A DNA stretch of 23,953 bases from an uncultured archaeon. Lineage in GTDB: Archaea; Asgardarchaeota; Lokiarchaeia; Sigyniarchaeales; SOKP01. Positions 8,406 to 17,971 of the stretch are shown here, one piece after another (position 1 is the stretch's first letter; the number at the start of each line of letters is the position of its first letter). Where the stretch lies: positions 1 through 23,953 of the forward strand of contig CAYLZE010000078.1 of the NCBI GenBank assembly GCA_964388035.1, given 5' to 3'. The notes under the pieces are model-generated. The model worked only from the letters and a program-made list of their open reading frames with translations, was not told the origin of the DNA and did no database searches. The position numbers and the translations under genes were made by a program.

Positions 8406-8716
8406 AATTCTTTTTGTGATTATTTAGTATTTTCCATTTGATTATTATTTATAACGATTTTAGATAACTTAAATTTAAAAAAAGATGCTTATCTGGTGAT
8501 ATTTAGGTAAAACTAAAATCTCTATTTTTAAATGTAAAAAATTAGCTCTAATTAGTAGTCTCTTTCAATTTAAAATAAATTTCATCTTTTATTTAATTTT
8601 TCTAAGGTTGTTCGATAAAAAATCTAATTAATCATGAACCTAAGATTAAAATAACTAATTTAGTAGTTCATTAATTGAAATTAAATTAGTTAATTAAAAA
8701 AATTTGAGGTGCAATC

Positions 8717-9067
8717 ATGTCCGATATAGTTGAATCAGAGAAAAAAACAGAAATTGAAGAAGTAGAAGAACCAACTAAAAGGTTAATATCTCCAGAAATG
8801 TGTTCTTATGTGAATGATGAGGGAACGGGGTACGTTATTGAAATTATTCTTCCTGGTGTAGAAAAGGATACGATTAGTTTAAAGTTAAATGAAGAATACC
8901 TTTTTGTAAGGGGAGAAACCGATACTCTAAAGTATATTGGGGATTTTGGTTTATGTTGTCCTGTTGATGCTGGTAAGGCAAAATCCACGTATAATAATGG
9001 TTTATTAAAGATTGAGGTTCCTTTTAAAGATCTGAGCTCAAAAACTGTAGATGTAGAAATAGTATAA
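8717..9067 (+). CDS. Small heat shock protein (Hsp20/alpha-crystallin family)
   Basis: 'LPGVEKDTI', 'AKSTYNNGLLKIEVP' and a C-terminal VxI/IxV motif. SD GAGGTG at 8706-8711. Confidence 0.9.
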   Translation: MSDIVESEKKTEIEEVEEPTKRLISPEMCSYVNDEGTGYVIEIILPGVEKDTISLKLNEEYLFVRGETDTLKYIGDFGLCCPVDAGKAKSTYNNGLLKIEVPFKDLSSKTVDVEIV

Positions 9068-9087
9068 TTTTTTTTTTCTCTTTTTTT
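9068..9087 (+). terminator. Oligo-T terminator after Hsp20
   Basis: T10-CTC-T7 immediately after the stop codon. Confidence 0.65.
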
Positions 9088-9298
9088 AAAATATCAACGA
9101 AAATATTAGTTTATTACGCTTGATTAAAATATATTTTTTAACTTAATTGAAAAGAAGAATGCTTTACTTTCTTACATCTTACTTTTACTTTCTAATAAGC
9201 ATTAAGATTACTTGTAGTATTATGGTTATTTAAGCTGATTAATTAAAAACTTTTAGTTACTAATTCCATTAGATTTTATGGTTTTTAAGCATCTATTT

Positions 9299-10855
9299 TT
9301 AGAGCATTAATTTTGCAATCATCTCGGGTAAATTTTTCGGAGTACAAGCCAGAACGTCAATTCCGATAGATTTCATGGATTTTGCATAATTACGATTATA
9401 CATGGGTTCACTGTTATAATCTAAAGCCGCTACTCCAAGTATTTTAGTCTGTCCTTCTAGCACTTGTTTTAATGTTTTGGTTAATTCCTCATAAGACCCT
9501 CCTTCATAGAAATCACTGATAATTACAAGAATAGTTTTTTTTGGATTCTTAATTAATGAATGTCCATATTTAACAGCCTTAGAAATATTCGTACCACCTC
9601 CTAATTGTACGGTCATTAATACTTCAACAGGGTCATTAATTCTGCTGGAAAGATCTACAACTTGAGTATCGAATATCACGAGATTGGTATATACTGCGGG
9701 TAAACTAGCGAAAATTGATGCGATAACAACTGAATAAATAATGGAGTCTGTCATTGAGCCACTTTCATCGATTAAAACAACTATTTGCCATGGTTTCTTT
9801 TTCTTTTCTGCACTGAAAAACCGAGGTTCGGCCATTATTAATTTTTTCATGGATGGATCGTAATGTTTTAAATTTCTGCGAATACTTTGTTTCCAGTCAA
9901 TATTTCTAAAAACTTTGATGGGAGTATGGGCATCTCGTTTAATTGCGCCTATGATATGTTTTTCTACCTCATCCTTGAATTTGTCTTTTAAATCTTCAAC
10001 CACTCTTTTGACTAAATTGCGCGCTACCTCTTTCACATCATTAGGAAGCATGTGTTTTAGACTAATTATGGTTTTCACCATCTCGAGACTAGGTTCAACT
10101 TTTTGAAATAATTCTGGATTTGCTATGATATCTTTGATATCTGATCTTTCAATTAGGTCTTTTTCTAATACTTCCTTTGATTCTTTGGGAAACAGTTCCT
10201 TTACATACTCAATCCAATTAGGAATTGAAATATTACTTGGTCCTAATCCCGCGCTACCTTTCTGACTTTCATTTTTTCCATAAACCATTTCTAAAGTATC
10301 ATCCATTTTCTTTAGTTTATCATGTTTGTAATCAACGGAGGGGCTTCCCTTTGCTCCCATACTTCTCCCGGACTCAAAATTTGTAATTTTAGATCTTTCC
10401 TTTCTACTACTTGCACCATTGCTCTTACCTTGTTCTCTTCCCTTCATGCCACTTGAACTTTTTTGTTGTGACCCTGTCCCGATTTTTTCAGTTACTTTAT
10501 TTTCATTCTCTTTACTTATCAATATTTCTTTGTCGTTTTCAATTGGATTCGCTTCTTCTTGAACTATATCCTCCAATTGCTTCTTTAAACTACTTTCCCT
10601 ACCCTCTTCTTGCTTTTCTCCTTCTTTTTCATCTTCTTTTTGTTGTTTATATTTATTAGGATCTAATTCCTCCTCACGGGATATACTTTCAGTTTCTTCA
10701 TCAGAATTAAAATTAAAATCATAATCTTCTGCATTCTTTCCTAAAATAAGTCTCCATCTGTCCATTGCCTCTTTCTTCAATCCAGATTTCTCTTTGATAA
10801 ATTCTTCCGTAAAAAATTGCTCAGCATTCATTTGATTTAAACCTCTCCAAACCAT
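9299..10855 (-). CDS. VWA (MIDAS) domain protein, YehP/CoxE-like (start probably ATG 10831)
   Basis: N-terminal 'RWRLILG', 'IDWKQSIRRNLKHY', MIDAS DESGS, 'QLGGGTNI' and 'ISDFYEG', all typical of YehP-like proteins. A GGAGAGG SD precedes ATG 10831. Confidence 0.88.
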   Translation of the reverse strand: MVWRGLNQMNAEQFFTEEFIKEKSGLKKEAMDRWRLILGKNAEDYDFNFNSDEETESISREEELDPNKYKQQKEDEKEGEKQEEGRESSLKKQLEDIVQEEANPIENDKEILISKENENKVTEKIGTGSQQKSSSGMKGREQGKSNGASSRKERSKITNFESGRSMGAKGSPSVDYKHDKLKKMDDTLEMVYGKNESQKGSAGLGPSNISIPNWIEYVKELFPKESKEVLEKDLIERSDIKDIIANPELFQKVEPSLEMVKTIISLKHMLPNDVKEVARNLVKRVVEDLKDKFKDEVEKHIIGAIKRDAHTPIKVFRNIDWKQSIRRNLKHYDPSMKKLIMAEPRFFSAEKKKKPWQIVVLIDESGSMTDSIIYSVVIASIFASLPAVYTNLVIFDTQVVDLSSRINDPVEVLMTVQLGGGTNISKAVKYGHSLIKNPKKTILVIISDFYEGGSYEELTKTLKQVLEGQTKILGVAALDYNSEPMYNRNYAKSMKSIGIDVLACTPKNLPEMIAKLML

Positions 10856-13320
10856 TCTTCAAATATTTTGCGAATATTATTATCTATCATCTTGAAAAAA
10901 TCTTTAACATCCTCTTGCACCACTTCATCAAATTGGACCTCCTTCTTTTGTATCAATCCGTAATACTCTGCTAGTTTTTCTATAAAGATCTCATATTCAT
11001 TAGGATTTAGTTGAGAAAATGCTTTTCTTAAGGCAGGTAAGATAGCAGAAAAAACATCCCAATTAATAGACTCCACCATTGTAGCCATTACATTTATGAT
11101 ATCTTGATTAAACAGTATTTTTGCTTGACATACATATATAAGACCTCGAATCAAATCTCCCACTCTTACTTTTATGGTATCTATACTACTTAAATACCCA
11201 CTAATTATGGTTTTTATATCAGAAATACTCGTGTAATTCATTAAATAGAGAATTCCAAGAGTTCCCCCCTTAATAAATTCATTGTTAGTATTATCCATGC
11301 AAGTTTTAATGCTTCCCATATAAACATTTAAATCAATTTCTATCTTTTGAATTGAAATTAACGTATTTGCTAAAGTTTTAAAAGCATCTATATAAGTAAC
11401 TTCTTCTGCGGTGGGAGGATTAGCAGAATTTGGAATGGAAAAGCATGAAGTGTAATAGCTTCTTTGAATTAAGTGCTTTATGAGCTCTAAAATTTCCTTA
11501 GGAATGTTTAGCATTAACATGTATTGGTAGATCATGATAATGTTGGAAAATCCTTCCACCAAACTTAAAAATTGATTGTCTTGTTCCAGAGAATTTAAAC
11601 ATTCCTTATATAAATCCTTTATATGATCTGAATAACCCATGAAAAGACTTTGGAATAATAATGTTGTAATCAAGGCAAAATTCTTTAGATTCTTTTTAGT
11701 TTCCTCAACAAGCATATTTTTACTTGCTTCTTCTAAAGTGGACCCATAAGTACTGAGTTCTACGAGTTTTACATCAATCCTTGGGTTCCATTGCAAATTC
11801 CATTTTTCCGTGAATGTTCCAGTAATCCCTTTTAGAACATCTGGTCCCAATAAGCGTTCCGTGTAATCAATTCCTAAGAATTTAATTTTCCAAAATAATT
11901 GAGAGATTTTGGATTCAGATTCTTCCCTTAAATTTAAGGTTATAATTTGCTTTTTCTCTTCGATATTAATTCCATAATTTTCTAACTGCAGATAAAAGTC
12001 TTTCTGTAATGGTAATTTACCAATTTTATTCGTTATTTTTCCAACTTTATATCCTATGGTTTTAGCCTGAATTAATGAATTTAAATATTTACCATCGATT
12101 TCCGGATTACCTTTGACAACAACCATGTAGATTGAATCAATAATATCTTTAAGATCTGGTTCTTCACGCCTTCTAAGCATTGCAAGCATTTTGGCTCCTT
12201 GAAAAGAGTTTATAGAATCAGAAATTGAAACAATATTGCCCTCTAATCTTGCTTGCGCGTAAATATCTGTTATGGTCTCTAATGCCACCGCTTCATATGG
12301 AGATGATACTTTCTTCATGATTTTATTCCATATATTATCATAGAACTGAGGAGCCTGGTTCCCTGAAGTATACCCCGATTTTTGGCTCAGACGATAATAG
12401 GAGAAAGGTATTAATGAATTAATTAATTCTTTTACGGGAAAGGTAAAGTTTTTTGCTATAGAATCAATCAAAGCAACCGAGTGTATGCCGCCCGTAATTA
12501 CTAATACCTCCTTTTCTTTTACTTTGTATTTTTTAATGTAATTTTCGATATTGTACTTCATGTAAGCTTCTCTGATTAGAATATTATCTGCTTTGAGGAA
12601 TTCTGCATCGATAGATTGACGTACAAAAGCACAAAAAACTAGCATGTTTTCCCTTAAGGTCTCAATATTTGATTTTTGTGCACCTATTTCGAATAAAGTT
12701 TCCCAAGTTTCGTCAAAATTTTCAAAATCAAAAACTCGAGCAAATTTTTGGTAAAAAGAACTTAAAATATAAACAGATTGTTTTTCTATATTCACTGATT
12801 CAATTTTTTGCCCTTTACTTTTTGCTTGGGATGTTTGATGAGATATGAGTCCAGTTAGCGGTAAATCGATAAAATGAACGGGAATGTTGTTTTGCATGGA
12901 TTCCGAAAGTGCTATTAATTCTGGAGAATAGGAAACAAATGGGTAATATGCTTCAAATTTAGCCGGAATAGAAACGTCAGAACTTAAAATCCCGTTTAAA
13001 CCAAATACATTTTTAACATCTGCATAAAGTGATAATAATGCAATAGGAGGTCTTGTATCTTTATCAACCATGTATTGAATGAGATCATCAGCAAATGCTG
13101 GTCCTTCTACTAATATTAATTTTGGTTTATACTTTTTTATCCATCGTTTTACGAGTACGGTTGAACCAGGAGAATGGTGGCGAACAGGTAAATAAGTGAT
13201 CTGTTCCTTTTTAATTTTAGAAATTCTTTCATTTATGATTGAAGTATCGATACCTAAAGATGTTCCTATCTCAAAAAGGATACTTTTGAGGTTTTTTGCA
13301 CTTAAATAACTATCTTTCAT
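10837..13320 (-). CDS. YehM-like (DUF5682) protein
   Basis: 'PVRHHSP', 'ILVEGP', 'YYPF..YSPE..A', 'FIDLP', 'RE.YM', 'VITGGIHS', 'PFSY.RL...SGY.SG' and 'E.W.L.W'. It lies between the YehL- and YehP-like genes. Confidence 0.85.
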   Translation of the reverse strand: MKDSYLSAKNLKSILFEIGTSLGIDTSIINERISKIKKEQITYLPVRHHSPGSTVLVKRWIKKYKPKLILVEGPAFADDLIQYMVDKDTRPPIALLSLYADVKNVFGLNGILSSDVSIPAKFEAYYPFVSYSPELIALSESMQNNIPVHFIDLPLTGLISHQTSQAKSKGQKIESVNIEKQSVYILSSFYQKFARVFDFENFDETWETLFEIGAQKSNIETLRENMLVFCAFVRQSIDAEFLKADNILIREAYMKYNIENYIKKYKVKEKEVLVITGGIHSVALIDSIAKNFTFPVKELINSLIPFSYYRLSQKSGYTSGNQAPQFYDNIWNKIMKKVSSPYEAVALETITDIYAQARLEGNIVSISDSINSFQGAKMLAMLRRREEPDLKDIIDSIYMVVVKGNPEIDGKYLNSLIQAKTIGYKVGKITNKIGKLPLQKDFYLQLENYGINIEEKKQIITLNLREESESKISQLFWKIKFLGIDYTERLLGPDVLKGITGTFTEKWNLQWNPRIDVKLVELSTYGSTLEEASKNMLVEETKKNLKNFALITTLLFQSLFMGYSDHIKDLYKECLNSLEQDNQFLSLVEGFSNIIMIYQYMLMLNIPKEILELIKHLIQRSYYTSCFSIPNSANPPTAEEVTYIDAFKTLANTLISIQKIEIDLNVYMGSIKTCMDNTNNEFIKGGTLGILYLMNYTSISDIKTIISGYLSSIDTIKVRVGDLIRGLIYVCQAKILFNQDIINVMATMVESINWDVFSAILPALRKAFSQLNPNEYEIFIEKLAEYYGLIQKKEVQFDEVVQEDVKDFFKMIDNNIRKIFEEWFGEV

Positions 13321-13327
13321 TGATTAA

Positions 13328-14602
13328 TTATTTTACCTGATTTTGAAATGTATTAACAAATTCTTTCCATGAGTCAGACTGGTTGGCTCTCATATGGGCA
13401 ATCATATTGAAGTACTCTTTTAATTTATTCATATTTTCTTTATCATCTTTTACGACAGAATCAATAAGATTCATAGCAATGTGTTTTGGCTCTACTTCTG
13501 ACTTTCCAAAAAATTTTGCATAAATAGCGCTATCAAGCAGTAAGGAAATTTCTTCAGAAGTGGACATCACGGTTGAAATTGGATTAAATCGACCCCCGCT
13601 GGTACTACGGCCTGTTCTTAATTCTTGGAAAACGGTAATTAATAGATCTAACGTGTCTTCGGGGATTTGGATTTTGAATCCAATCTTTGTTAATAAATCA
13701 TGAGTTCTTTGCATCACTATTTTCCGTTCTAATTCTTTATCTTGAACCACGGGTATGTAGATGAAATTAAAGCGACGTTTTAATGCTGCACTCATTTCAT
13801 TAACACCCCGATCTCTGTCATTTGCGGTTGCAATCACGTTAAATCCGGGATTTCCGAAAATTAAATATTCTGATCCTAATTCTGCAATAGGGATGACTTT
13901 TTCGGAAAGAATGGATATCATGCTATCCTGTATTTCTTGTGGACAACGAGTTAATTCTTCAAATCGTAGAATTTTACCCTCTCTCATTGCATTTATCGTG
14001 GGAGAAGCAACTAATGACTTGGGACTCGGCCCTTCTGAAACGAGCAAGGCATAATTCCAAGAATATCTAATTTGGTCTTCGGTTGTTCCCGCTGTCCCTT
14101 GAATGAGATATGTGCTGGTTCCACATATGGCGGAAGCAAGATGTTCCGAAAGCCATGATTTAGCCGTTCCAGGTTCGCCAATTAACATTAAAGCTCTCTC
14201 ACTCGCCAATGTAACAATAGCTTTTTGAATGAGATCCCGGTCTCCATAAAATTTCGTGGTTATTTTTACTTTTTTCTTGCTTCCGTTATTTTCTAAAGGA
14301 AATTCTTCATTTGAGCCCGTTATAAAGAGTTCCACCAACTTTGGCGACAAAATCCAGTTCGGTGGTTTTGGATAAGTATCATTTTGAACTAATGCCATCA
14401 ATTCATCCCGATGTAATTCTTCAGCGGGGAATCTTATTTTATTATCATTTTTCTTATCATACTTTTTATCGCATCCGAGATCTATCTTTGGAACTTTCGG
14501 TACTGCTTTATTATTCAGAGGAGGCATCTTTTCAGTTGGTTCCTCTACTTTAGCAGTAGATTGAGGTGCGGATACTTTTTTTGGACTTTTTTTTTTTGCC
14601 AT
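13328..14602 (-). CDS. MoxR-family AAA+ ATPase, YehL subfamily
   Basis: Walker A variant GEPGTAKSWLSEHL, 'QGTAGTTEDQIRYSWNYA', Walker B FEE, sensor TAND and 'EMSAALKRRFNF'. Confidence 0.93.
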   Translation of the reverse strand: MAKKKSPKKVSAPQSTAKVEEPTEKMPPLNNKAVPKVPKIDLGCDKKYDKKNDNKIRFPAEELHRDELMALVQNDTYPKPPNWILSPKLVELFITGSNEEFPLENNGSKKKVKITTKFYGDRDLIQKAIVTLASERALMLIGEPGTAKSWLSEHLASAICGTSTYLIQGTAGTTEDQIRYSWNYALLVSEGPSPKSLVASPTINAMREGKILRFEELTRCPQEIQDSMISILSEKVIPIAELGSEYLIFGNPGFNVIATANDRDRGVNEMSAALKRRFNFIYIPVVQDKELERKIVMQRTHDLLTKIGFKIQIPEDTLDLLITVFQELRTGRSTSGGRFNPISTVMSTSEEISLLLDSAIYAKFFGKSEVEPKHIAMNLIDSVVKDDKENMNKLKEYFNMIAHMRANQSDSWKEFVNTFQNQVK

Positions 14603-14625
14603 ACTTAATCTACATTCATGAATTT

Positions 14626-15768
14626 TTATTTTACTTTATATAATGATTTTAGTAAAGCTTTGTTATCAATAGGAGTACTTTTACTTATTGGATATGTAAT
14701 TTGATCCTTATTGATAAAACTTAGAGGATATAAAGTTAATTGTCCTCTCTCTAAAAATAATTTGCAAAACATCCCATCAATTGAATTTCTTTTTCCTCTT
14801 AATTCTTTTAATTGTTCAATTAATAGTTGATTACCACTTTTATCTGGAATTCGAATAATTAAGGGATAATCTTCCATGTGTGTTATCAAATACTTATAGT
14901 TTATTGATTTTCCTTCATTTTCACCTTCTTTTTGAACCTCAATTACCTTAACATCCTTTACGTATAAATAATCTAAGTTACTCGTTGGGAGATCAAATGG
15001 AGTTACTAAAATGGAAGATTTAATTTTAGCATGGATTTCATCAGAATTAAGATAGTATTTATTCAATTTTGAGATAATAATTTCATTATCTTTAACGGAT
15101 TCTAAATCAACATATATTTTTGATTCTGGATTTTTTTCCAAGAATATCATTTTTTCTTTTTCATCATAAAAAGAATTTTCCACTTCAATATGATTTGAAA
15201 GAAGAATATTAACTCCGCTATTTGGAACGGAATTCGGCAAATCAAGATGTAGTACACTTTCGGGAACTAATCCTGATCTATATGGGAGCATTAGATTCCA
15301 TTTTAATATTTTTCCTCTCGTATTTCCAAATAATGAGAGAAAATAGAAAATAAATCCCATGAGAGTACCTTCTAAATTGATTTTTTCTGTTCCGATGAGT
15401 CTTAGAATGAATTTAGTTGTTATTTCAGGATTTGCTCGTGCACCCATTATATTATTATAAATTTGAGGTTTTTCTTTCTTGAGACTCTCATGGGAGGTAA
15501 GAGCTTGACTTAAAAGCCAACAATTACTTAAAAAAAATACGTATCGATCAATATTAAAAGCAGAACGATTATCTAAAAATCTCTTTACTTCTACATGTAA
15601 ATATCTTAAGGAGGTTGCTAATCGAAACATCTCTAATTGAGATGCATTCTGCAGAAAAAATTCAATTTTTTTTATATCATTTGCTGCAATAAAATTCAAT
15701 CCACTAAAGACGAGACTTTCAGAATACTCTTTTATTTGTTCCGCAACTATTTCTAATTGAAGAGACAC
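14626..15768 (-). CDS. Hypothetical protein of the YehL-type operon (N-terminal helical bundle plus beta-rich region)
   Basis: 380-aa ORF with GTG start, tightly co-oriented with its neighbours (8 and 23 bp gaps). Confidence 0.7.
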   Translation of the reverse strand: MSLQLEIVAEQIKEYSESLVFSGLNFIAANDIKKIEFFLQNASQLEMFRLATSLRYLHVEVKRFLDNRSAFNIDRYVFFLSNCWLLSQALTSHESLKKEKPQIYNNIMGARANPEITTKFILRLIGTEKINLEGTLMGFIFYFLSLFGNTRGKILKWNLMLPYRSGLVPESVLHLDLPNSVPNSGVNILLSNHIEVENSFYDEKEKMIFLEKNPESKIYVDLESVKDNEIIISKLNKYYLNSDEIHAKIKSSILVTPFDLPTSNLDYLYVKDVKVIEVQKEGENEGKSINYKYLITHMEDYPLIIRIPDKSGNQLLIEQLKELRGKRNSIDGMFCKLFLERGQLTLYPLSFINKDQITYPISKSTPIDNKALLKSLYKVK

Positions 15769-15776
15769 AATTTTTT

Positions 15777-16118
15777 TTAATCCTCTCTTTTTATGATTTT
15801 TTTAACACTTTCTAAGGTCATTACTTTTTCAAACATTCTCGCATAGGTAATCATTTTTAAAATATCCTTCGAAAGCTCTCTTTTCAAATCATTTGAAACA
15901 GGGGGGTGAGATAATTGTTCTATTTTTAATAAAAAAGAATTTAAGAGTTGACTTAGAGTTGAAAAATTTATTGTCTCAAATTTCTGTTTTAATTCGATTA
16001 ACTCAGAGAGATTCTCATTACTGAGGGATTCTACACCTTTTATTAAAACTTCATTTAACTTGAATTTAATTCCATCTAAAATATTAAATGATTCGATGAG
16101 ATCCCTACTTTCAAGCAA
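15777..16118 (-). CDS. Small all-helical hypothetical protein of the YehL-type operon
   Basis: 113 aa, TTG start with GGTGA SD 9 nt upstream, amphipathic helical pattern. Confidence 0.7.
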   Translation of the reverse strand: MLESRDLIESFNILDGIKFKLNEVLIKGVESLSNENLSELIELKQKFETINFSTLSQLLNSFLLKIEQLSHPPVSNDLKRELSKDILKMITYARMFEKVMTLESVKKIIKRED

Positions 16119-16136
16119 AGTTCTTTATCACCAGAG

Positions 16137-16646
16137 TTAAAAAGCAATAAAATCTTCCGGTAGTATTTCAACAGGACGCCATTCAATTTTCCCTTCTAGA
16201 GCATTTTGATATTTTAAGAAAATCCTCGTAGCTTCTGTTTTATCTAAAGAAGGCTTTTGAAAATTGGTATTTTGAACCCATTTTATCAACTCTTCCTTTG
16301 TTCCTTGCTTTGATTTAATCGCCGCAAACAAAGCTAATATAATATGCTTGCAGATTTTACCCCTTAAACCTCCACAAGGATGGAGATTTTGGGTCCCGCA
16401 GAAAAAACTGCCATCTTTATTAAGTTTAACCGCATATTCTAATTCTTTTGGATGGGTCTGAGATTTAATCACTGCTGTTAGAAATTCGTTTTCTTTTTCA
16501 ATATAAAGGAGATTCGTCTCTTTCTTATACATTTTTATGGCTTTATCAATTCTTGGAGGGATCGTTTGGTCCCTTAACGTGGAATTTAGCTCCGAAACGA
16601 AGCTTACAATATTTTCACTTATAGTCATTTTTTTATACCTTGACAA
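16137..16646 (-). CDS. SWIM-like zinc-finger protein
   Basis: 'Y.V.L...G.FFCGTQNLHPCGGLRGKICKHIILAL': beta strands, then Cys residues and the SWIM-type CKH followed by a hydrophobic helix. Confidence 0.75.
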   Translation of the reverse strand: MSRYKKMTISENIVSFVSELNSTLRDQTIPPRIDKAIKMYKKETNLLYIEKENEFLTAVIKSQTHPKELEYAVKLNKDGSFFCGTQNLHPCGGLRGKICKHIILALFAAIKSKQGTKEELIKWVQNTNFQKPSLDKTEATRIFLKYQNALEGKIEWRPVEILPEDFIAF

Positions 16647-16678
16647 TTTTTGATCTTACCTATTTATAAAATCGTAAC

Positions 16679-16700
16679 TTTATAAAAGCTACTTTTTTTT
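16679..16700 (-). promoter_or_regulatory. Putative BRE/TATA promoter of the six-gene MoxR-VWA operon
   Basis: The minus strand reads an A-rich tract, then GTAGCTTTTATAAAG, about 35-40 nt upstream of the SWIM gene start. Confidence 0.4.
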
Positions 16701-16878
16701 GAAATTGTTGAAAAAATTTTAATAAAGGGAAGGGTCCATTCTCACCAAATAAAAGTGAATTACATTTAATTCTTGAAAATGGATAATAATAATTTCCTAT
16801 TTTAACCGATTACATCAAGGAAATAGATGACTTTCATTGTTAAAAAAAAATTAGATATTTTTGCTTGTTTATCTACTT

Positions 16879-17961
16879 CTAAATTCTTTTCCAGATTATT
16901 TCCCCGTTAGATTGAAAGCTATAAACTTTTTCCATCCTGTTTAATTCTTTTAGTATGTTTAGGTCATGCATCATTTCGCTAATCTCCGCAATTACTATCG
17001 TATCTTTCACGCTTTCATTATCTAAGTATTTTTTAAATCGCTTTATGTAAATTTTAAATGTCTCTTCAGTTATTTCATCTAATGTCATCTCTTTTTTTTC
17101 ATTTAGTAGGTTTAAAATTTGTTCTTCTTTTTGATTAATGGAATCATAAAATTTAACCAATCTCTCTTTTAAATTTACTGAAATGGGATTTTTGCCATGC
17201 CCTGATAAAACAATTTTTACTTTTTTGTCTTGGACCATTTTAATCGCTTTTTCAATAGATTGTTTCAAATCATGAAAATTTCCAGCTGCTCCACTAACAC
17301 TGGCGCCAACAGTACTTAAATGAATATCCGAGGAGAAGAGGATCTTATCTTTTTCTCTATAAAAAAAACACATGCCTGGTGTATGGCCAGGAGCATGAAT
17401 GACCTCCAAATCTCCTACTAGTTTATCACCGTCTTTAAAAACGTGTTCGACTTTTCTTGGTTTTATATTCCAAATATCAAATATCATTTTAAATCCTGGT
17501 TTAACCAGAACATTTGTATTTAATCCCGCATAAAAATTTATAGCAGTTAGGAAATCTTCATAATTGGTTTTCCTTTTTAGTAAAGTTAAATCAAAAAGCA
17601 TTTTATAATATTTGAAAGGATTTTCAACGTATTCTTTATCCGCAAGATGGATAAATCCTTCCACATTTTCATTTTTCTCCCGCAAATAATCTAAAAGTAC
17701 GACATGGTCGCTGTGTCCGTGAGTAAGATAAAAATATTTAATTTGAGAGATGTTAATATGATTATCTTTTAACGTTTTATTGAATTTTTTTCTAGAACAT
17801 CCCGGATCAATGATTGCATAATTATTATCCTCTATTTTAATTAAATAACTATTACATGAATTGAAGTTCATTGAATCCATGGAGTCTTGATGGATTAAGA
17901 TGATATCTTCATTAATTCTCGACCATGCTTGGGTACTTCTTTTGGCTCTATTGTTATTCAT
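16879..17961 (-). CDS. MBL-fold metallo-hydrolase with probable C-terminal winged helix
   Basis: IDPG, THGHSDH, APGHTPG, FSSD and SGHG motifs. C-terminal 'ILNLL....MTLDEI'. Confidence 0.88.
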   Translation of the reverse strand: MNNNRAKRSTQAWSRINEDIILIHQDSMDSMNFNSCNSYLIKIEDNNYAIIDPGCSRKKFNKTLKDNHINISQIKYFYLTHGHSDHVVLLDYLREKNENVEGFIHLADKEYVENPFKYYKMLFDLTLLKRKTNYEDFLTAINFYAGLNTNVLVKPGFKMIFDIWNIKPRKVEHVFKDGDKLVGDLEVIHAPGHTPGMCFFYREKDKILFSSDIHLSTVGASVSGAAGNFHDLKQSIEKAIKMVQDKKVKIVLSGHGKNPISVNLKERLVKFYDSINQKEEQILNLLNEKKEMTLDEITEETFKIYIKRFKKYLDNESVKDTIVIAEISEMMHDLNILKELNRMEKVYSFQSNGEIIWKRI

Positions 17962-17971
17962 TTAGGATGCC

